From Crocosphaera subtropica ATCC 51142 (GTDB lineage Bacteria > Cyanobacteriota > Cyanobacteriia > Cyanobacteriales > Microcystaceae): a stretch of 32,000 nt of DNA. Numbering within the stretch: the first letter of the stretch is position 1; each line of letters starts with the position of its first letter. The position numbers and the translations under genes were made by a program. The stretch is taken from the NCBI RefSeq assembly GCF_000017845.1, contig NC_010547.1, positions 60,001 through 92,000 of the forward strand. Reading direction: 5' to 3'. This document shows positions 26,958-32,000 of the stretch, in pieces. The notes under the pieces are model-generated. The model was not told the origin of the DNA, did no database searches, and was given only the letters and a program-made list of their open reading frames with translations.

Positions 26958-26974
26958 AGAATGATTATTATTCT
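26958..26974. promoter_or_regulatory. Zur-type operator, AGAAT-variant, in the divergent flavoprotein/COG0523 intergenic region
   Basis: AGAATGATTATTATTCT, 31 nt from the flavoprotein ATG. Confidence 0.6.
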
Positions 26975-27082
26975 CATTTTATCAGTTAATGAGCTAATAT
27001 AAAAAAGAATGTATATCAACCGATAGAGTAAATCTACCTGTTGATTGTTTTCTTGCCCATAAGTTAACTACTCCGAAAAATT

Positions 27083-28174
27083 ATGCAAATAGTGGATAAA
27101 CAGCCCCGAAACAATGATATAATTGATGCAACCAAACGGGGCGTACCTGTAACAGTTATTACTGGGTTTCTCGGAAGTGGAAAAACAACACTTCTCAACC
27201 ACATTTTAACCAATCAAGAAGGAATAAAAACAGCAGTTTTAGTAAATGAGTTTGGAGAAATTGGCATTGATAATGAGTTAATTGTTACCACTGAAGATAA
27301 TGTAGTAGAACTCAACAATGGTTGCGTCTGTTGCACAATTAACGAAGATTTAGTTCAAGCAGTTTATAAAGTTTTAGAACGTCCTGAAAAAGTAGATTAC
27401 CTGATTGTTGAAACCACAGGATTAGCTGATCCTATCCCAGTTGCTTTTACGTTTTTGGGGACAGAATTAAGAGACATGACTCGTCTAGATTCTATCATTA
27501 CAATGGTAGATTGTGCTAATTTCAGCCTCGATTTATTCAAGTCAGAAGCAGCTCAAAGTCAGATTGCTTATGGAGATATTATTGTTTTAAATAAGACTGA
27601 CTTAGTAGATGAAGCTGAGGTCGATTCTTTAGAAAATAGAATTAGAGAGATGAAAGAATCTGCTAGAATTTTGCGTACTAAGAAATCTCAAGTTTCCTTG
27701 CCGTTAATTCTGAGTGTGGGATTATTTGAATCTGATAAATATTTTGAGCATCAAGAAATTGAACATCACCATGATCACGACCATGATCACCATGATCACC
27801 ATCACCATGATCATGACCACGATCATCATCACCATGATCACCATTCCCATCATTTAGAAAATGATGGTTTTACCTCCGTTTCTTTTGAAAGCGATAAACC
27901 TTTTTCTCTTCGGAAATTTCAATATTTTCTAGATAACCAAATCCCCAAAAATGTTTTTCGAGCTAAAGGTATTTTATGGTTCAATGAAAGTAGCGATCGC
28001 CACATTTTTCATCTTAGTGGTAAGCGGTTTACTTTAGAAGATGATCAATGGAAAGGGACACCCAAAAATCAATTGGTTTTGATTGGACAAAATTTGGATA
28101 AGGATAAATTGTATCAACAGATCGAGCATTGTTTATCTGTTCCTACCACAACCAAAGGCAAAGAACTCGATTAA
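27083..28174 (+). CDS. COG0523 G3E GTPase with long His-rich insert, putative zinc metallochaperone, paralog 4
   Basis: GFLGSGKTT, GCVCCT and FRAKGILWF. His-rich insert HHHDHDHDHHDHHHHDHDHDHHHHDHHSHH. Confidence 0.92.
   Translation: MQIVDKQPRNNDIIDATKRGVPVTVITGFLGSGKTTLLNHILTNQEGIKTAVLVNEFGEIGIDNELIVTTEDNVVELNNGCVCCTINEDLVQAVYKVLERPEKVDYLIVETTGLADPIPVAFTFLGTELRDMTRLDSIITMVDCANFSLDLFKSEAAQSQIAYGDIIVLNKTDLVDEAEVDSLENRIREMKESARILRTKKSQVSLPLILSVGLFESDKYFEHQEIEHHHDHDHDHHDHHHHDHDHDHHHHDHHSHHLENDGFTSVSFESDKPFSLRKFQYFLDNQIPKNVFRAKGILWFNESSDRHIFHLSGKRFTLEDDQWKGTPKNQLVLIGQNLDKDKLYQQIEHCLSVPTTTKGKELD
27764..27853 (+). repeat. (CAY/GAY)n codon microsatellite encoding the His/Asp tract
   Basis: 30 consecutive codons, all His (CAT/CAC) or Asp (GAT/GAC) except one Ser (TCC). 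Confidence 0.9.
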
Positions 28175-28180
28175 TTCGAT

Positions 28181-28903
28181 TTAATTACCGAAACCCTTTT
28201 TCTCCCCATAGTAAACTGTCTTAAACTCCAAACAATCGCTATTAGGACTATAAAGGGTGTAAGTAGCCTTTCCTGGTTCTCTACCGACATTTCCTACCCC
28301 TACAACCCTTCTTTTGGGTGCAGTCATGGTTTGCGTGGGTTCCTGGCGATCTAAAGTCATCACCGCACTATTAACCGAACCCCTTTGTAATACATATTCA
28401 AATACTTGACCGGAACGACCACAAAAAAGAGAATTGGCCTCTACTCTTTGCAAACGGTCGAGCATTTGCCAGGGGGGGGTTTCGGGGGTTAACTCATCGC
28501 TGGCACTAACGGTGCTACCGTGAATTAACAGACAATCTAATTCAAAGAAGCCAAAATGACAATTACGTAACCATTGTACCGTTTCACGGGATATGGAATC
28601 CCAGAGAATTTTTGTGGTTTCCATACCAAAGCGATCAATTAATTCTGTCGGTTCTGATGTCGAACCGACAGCGTGTAAAGCAAAGCATTGTTCCTCCCAC
28701 CAACCGACACAGACTTGGGGTTGTAATTCTCCAGGTAAAGGGTTTTGAATTCGTTTAATTACTTTTTCGCTATTGGGGTTGGCTGCTATGATATCCCCTA
28801 AAATATACAATGCCTCTACTGGAATGCGTTGGCGTTTGATATCTGCCAATACTGCCTCGTAAGCTGCGATATTTCCTTCAATTCCACTTAAAATTGCCCA
28901 CAT
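28181..28903 (-). CDS. Metallophosphoesterase-fold protein with degenerate metal ligands (probable pseudoenzyme)
   Basis: It aligns to the upstream paralog, but SDIHGN reads SGIEGN and GHTH reads GRSG. GD (ILGD) and IHGS are retained. Confidence 0.7.
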   Translation of the reverse strand: MWAILSGIEGNIAAYEAVLADIKRQRIPVEALYILGDIIAANPNSEKVIKRIQNPLPGELQPQVCVGWWEEQCFALHAVGSTSEPTELIDRFGMETTKILWDSISRETVQWLRNCHFGFFELDCLLIHGSTVSASDELTPETPPWQMLDRLQRVEANSLFCGRSGQVFEYVLQRGSVNSAVMTLDRQEPTQTMTAPKRRVVGVGNVGREPGKATYTLYSPNSDCLEFKTVYYGEKKGFGN

Positions 28904-28937
28904 TGATTTTCAATTCTTTATATTTAAGTAATTTAAG

Positions 28938-29753
28938 TTACCTTTCGCAAACATGAGTCGGATCGTCCGCTTTTTCGGCAAATTCCAAGCCTCTAGCCAA
29001 ACGCCAAGCAAAAATCGGTGGTAAACCTGCATCTAAAATAGCTTTGCAGGTTATTTTATAGTCATACTCCACCTCTCGTAAGTTTACTGCTTGTGTCTCT
29101 GTATCATAAATCACATAGGTAGCATTGGGACGACCATGACGGGGTTCCCCAACCGAACCGACATTGATAATTCGTTTGAGAGGAGTATTAAAACTAACGG
29201 TAGGTTGTTCCTTTTTATGGGGTTGATGAACGCTTACCTGTAATTGTCCAGAATCTAAGGTGCGAACGTAGGGAACATGGGTATGTCCGCAAAATAATAT
29301 CTCTGCATCACTGGAAAGGACTCTTTCTAAAGCAGTAAAAGCATCCATTTCGGGTAACAAATATTCGTGGTTGCTATGAGGACTACCATGTGCGAAACAG
29401 AGATTCCCTTCTTTATAAGTATGGGGGAGTTGGGCTAAATATTCACGAACTTCGGGATTGACGTGCTTATTTGTCCATTCGTGAGCAATTACACCTCTTT
29501 TTTCCGCTAAAAGGGAAGGATAACTACACTCACAAGCGTTGAGTCCTTCTACAATATCTTCATCCCAACAACCCTGTACAGTGGGAATGTCTAAAGAACG
29601 AATTTGCTCAGCTACTGCATTGGGAAAGGGTCCATAACCCACTAAATCCCCAAGACAATAAATCTTTTCGGCTTTTTGTTGGTCAATATCCAGTAAAACT
29701 GCCTCTAAAGCTGCATAATTACCATGAATATCTGATATTACTGCTATTTTCAT
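28938..29753 (-). CDS. Metallophosphoesterase (YfcE/MJ0936-like calcineurin-fold phosphoesterase)
   Basis: Canonical motifs SDIHGN, LGDLVGYG, AHGSP, CGHTH and NVGSVG. Confidence 0.8.
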   Translation of the reverse strand: MKIAVISDIHGNYAALEAVLLDIDQQKAEKIYCLGDLVGYGPFPNAVAEQIRSLDIPTVQGCWDEDIVEGLNACECSYPSLLAEKRGVIAHEWTNKHVNPEVREYLAQLPHTYKEGNLCFAHGSPHSNHEYLLPEMDAFTALERVLSSDAEILFCGHTHVPYVRTLDSGQLQVSVHQPHKKEQPTVSFNTPLKRIINVGSVGEPRHGRPNATYVIYDTETQAVNLREVEYDYKITCKAILDAGLPPIFAWRLARGLEFAEKADDPTHVCER

Positions 29754-30496
29754 AATACCTCTAATTCAGTTGCTAAAGCTTCTTTTACTTGTTGTTGATA
29801 ATAATTAATGGCTACTTCGGGAACGCAGCAATCTCGGACAGTCTGAACAATTTCAGCTTTATCTAAATTACTACCCACTACTTCAAAACCACTAAAACGA
29901 TCTGGTTTACCATTTAACCAACGGGGTAAATTTAAGGGTTTAAATGCTAATTCCGATTTCCCTGATATAAAATCACCATAATAAATTTGTCCGTCTGCTA
30001 AATCAAAGATTCCCTTGGCCCGAACGACTTCACCGTAAGCACCTTGGATAAGTTCCAGCCAAAAAGTAGCCAAACTGTTCATATCTAAGATTTCGCCTGT
30101 CAAAACGCCCCGATGAATCTGTAAACCTGTGGTTGGTTTAATAATGTTAATTGCTGAAATAATTTCCTCGGCCCAACTCTTTAATTCTGTACCGTCTGTA
30201 TCATCTGGAATGATAGCCACTCGATGAGAATTATCCGTTTGCAGTAAAGGTTCAATTCCCTCTTTATCTAAATACCAGGGAATTTCAACATAGGTGATGG
30301 TGTCAGTGAATGCTGCTTCTTCTCCTGTCTGATAAAGCTTCAATTGAGGATATTTACTTTGGAGATAAATGGCATCAATGGGGATGGAATCGGTTTCGGG
30401 GCTGAAATAGCCCACAGTTTTATTAGTTTGGGCTATTTGTTGATGAATCCAGTGGGTTTTGCCCGCACCTGGGGGACTAGCGACAGCAATAATCAT
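29750..30496 (-). CDS. Divergent CobW/COG0523-like P-loop protein lacking the CxCC metal motif
   Basis: Walker A SPPGAGKT. CobW_C-like C-terminal half VVRAKGIFDL...FEVVGSNLD. There is no GCxCC. The stop overlaps the next gene's start (ATGA). Confidence 0.6.
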   Translation of the reverse strand: MIIAVASPPGAGKTHWIHQQIAQTNKTVGYFSPETDSIPIDAIYLQSKYPQLKLYQTGEEAAFTDTITYVEIPWYLDKEGIEPLLQTDNSHRVAIIPDDTDGTELKSWAEEIISAINIIKPTTGLQIHRGVLTGEILDMNSLATFWLELIQGAYGEVVRAKGIFDLADGQIYYGDFISGKSELAFKPLNLPRWLNGKPDRFSGFEVVGSNLDKAEIVQTVRDCCVPEVAINYYQQQVKEALATELEVL

Positions 30497-30508
30497 AGAA
30501 TGATATTT

Positions 30509-30529
30509 TGATAATGATAATCATTATAG
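30509..30529. promoter_or_regulatory. Fur-family/Zur-type operator (two overlapping boxes) between hemB and the CobW-like gene
   Basis: tGATAATGATAATCATTATAg. Positions 30510-30528 match the classical 19-bp Fur-family consensus GATAATGATAATCATTATC at 18 of 19. Confidence 0.75.
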
Positions 30530-30570
30530 CCAAAAATTCAAAGTCTGTTGCAAGGAAAATTTGGAGGATT

Positions 30571-31596
<1,026 letters not shown>

Positions 31597-31605
31597 TCAT
31601 CAAAA

Positions 31606-31620
31606 TGATAATCATTATTA
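31606..31620. promoter_or_regulatory. Zur-type operator upstream of hemB
   Basis: TGATAATCATTATTA (one mismatch), 31 nt upstream of the hemB ATG. Confidence 0.7.
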
Positions 31621-31627
31621 TACAACG

Positions 31628-31642
31628 AGAATGATTATTATT
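31628..31642. promoter_or_regulatory. Second (AGAAT-variant) operator upstream of hemB
   Basis: AGAATGATTATTATT, 8 nt after the first box and ending 3 nt before the stop of the upstream PEP-CTERM gene. Confidence 0.55.
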
Positions 31643-31644
31643 AT

Positions 31645-32000
31645 TTATTGTTTGACACGACGAGTTAAAGAAATTCCGCCGAAAATACCTAAGCTAATCA
31701 ATGAAAATAGACTACTTGGCTCAGGAACAGGAGCATAGTTAAACTGACTATTGAAAGTCACAGATTCTCCTGCATTTAGGTTAAAATCCCATTGAAAAGC
31801 GAAGGTATTATCACTCGGAGGAATCGGAAAAGGAACATTCAGAGAGGGATTATCGGGTAACGTTGTGGGACCATCAAGATCATTAAAAAACTTATTGTAA
31901 AGCGTCACAAAATCAGCAATTTCATAGTGAGATGGAGTGGGACTGACTTGGGTAAGAATTGATAGGGGTTTTGTCGCGCTATTCAGAATAATTGTCCCAA
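31645..32000 (-). CDS. PEP-CTERM secreted protein, C-terminal part (N-terminus outside the window)
   Basis: The C-terminus is VPEPSSLFSLISLGIFGGISLTRRVKQ. The reading frame stays open from 31908 to the window edge. Confidence 0.7.
   Translation of the reverse strand, partial: GTIILNSATKPLSILTQVSPTPSHYEIADFVTLYNKFFNDLDGPTTLPDNPSLNVPFPIPPSDNTFAFQWDFNLNAGESVTFNSQFNYAPVPEPSSLFSLISLGIFGGISLTRRVKQ

Noticed and set aside
30509-30529. Reading the operators as iron-responsive Fur (FurA) boxes, since 30510-30528 matches the classical Fur 19-mer at 18 of 19
   Set aside because: Sequence alone cannot separate Fur-family members. However, the regulated genes are the canonical Zur set (COG0523, Asp-type hemB, thrS, cysS, hisI, folE), and no siderophore or iron-storage genes are present. 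Only the FeoB-like gene leaves some doubt, which is noted in the findings.

Overview
This is a chromosomal segment of an AT-rich cyanobacterium. The taxon call rests on many HIP1 GCGATCGC octamers (e.g. 329-336, 10495-10502), an Hlip gene with an HLR1 box, an SLH-OprB porin, a Uma2 nuclease and five PEP-CTERM proteins. The window has three parts. (1) 1-7.4 kb holds the 3' end of metE, a porin, an RcnA-like His-rich metal transporter, hli, a DUF4198-like/PEP-CTERM protein and small conserved genes. (2) 7.5-10.6 kb is an accessory-looking locus and my best candidate for an undescribed system. It encodes a 662-aa family-A DNA polymerase with intact 3'-5' exonuclease and polymerase motifs but no 5' nuclease domain. 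About 1 kb without credible ORFs precedes it and carries three copies of a ~100-nt element. The element folds into a 13-bp hairpin whose G-U pairs work only on the + strand, and the substitutions between copies preserve pairing. Two copies are followed by intrinsic terminators, giving candidate ncRNAs of ~260-280 nt. The third copy is the polymerase leader. A decayed copy of the leader plus the first 32 codons also sits in between. (3) 10.7-32 kb is an unusually dense zinc-starvation (Zur-type) cluster with at least 11 Fur-family palindromic operators (TGATAATNATTATCA and an AGAATGATTATTATTCT variant). They precede four COG0523 GTPases plus a degenerate fifth, folE (frameshifted as given), thrS, cysS, hisI and an Asp-rich (Zn-independent type) hemB. 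They also precede a TatD-like hydrolase, a QueD-like protein, a FeoB-like transporter with a flavoprotein, a metallophosphoesterase pair and several PEP-CTERM secreted proteins. I recognised no rRNA, tRNA, CRISPR array or transposase. All calls come from reading the sequence and ORF translations by eye; no database search was run.
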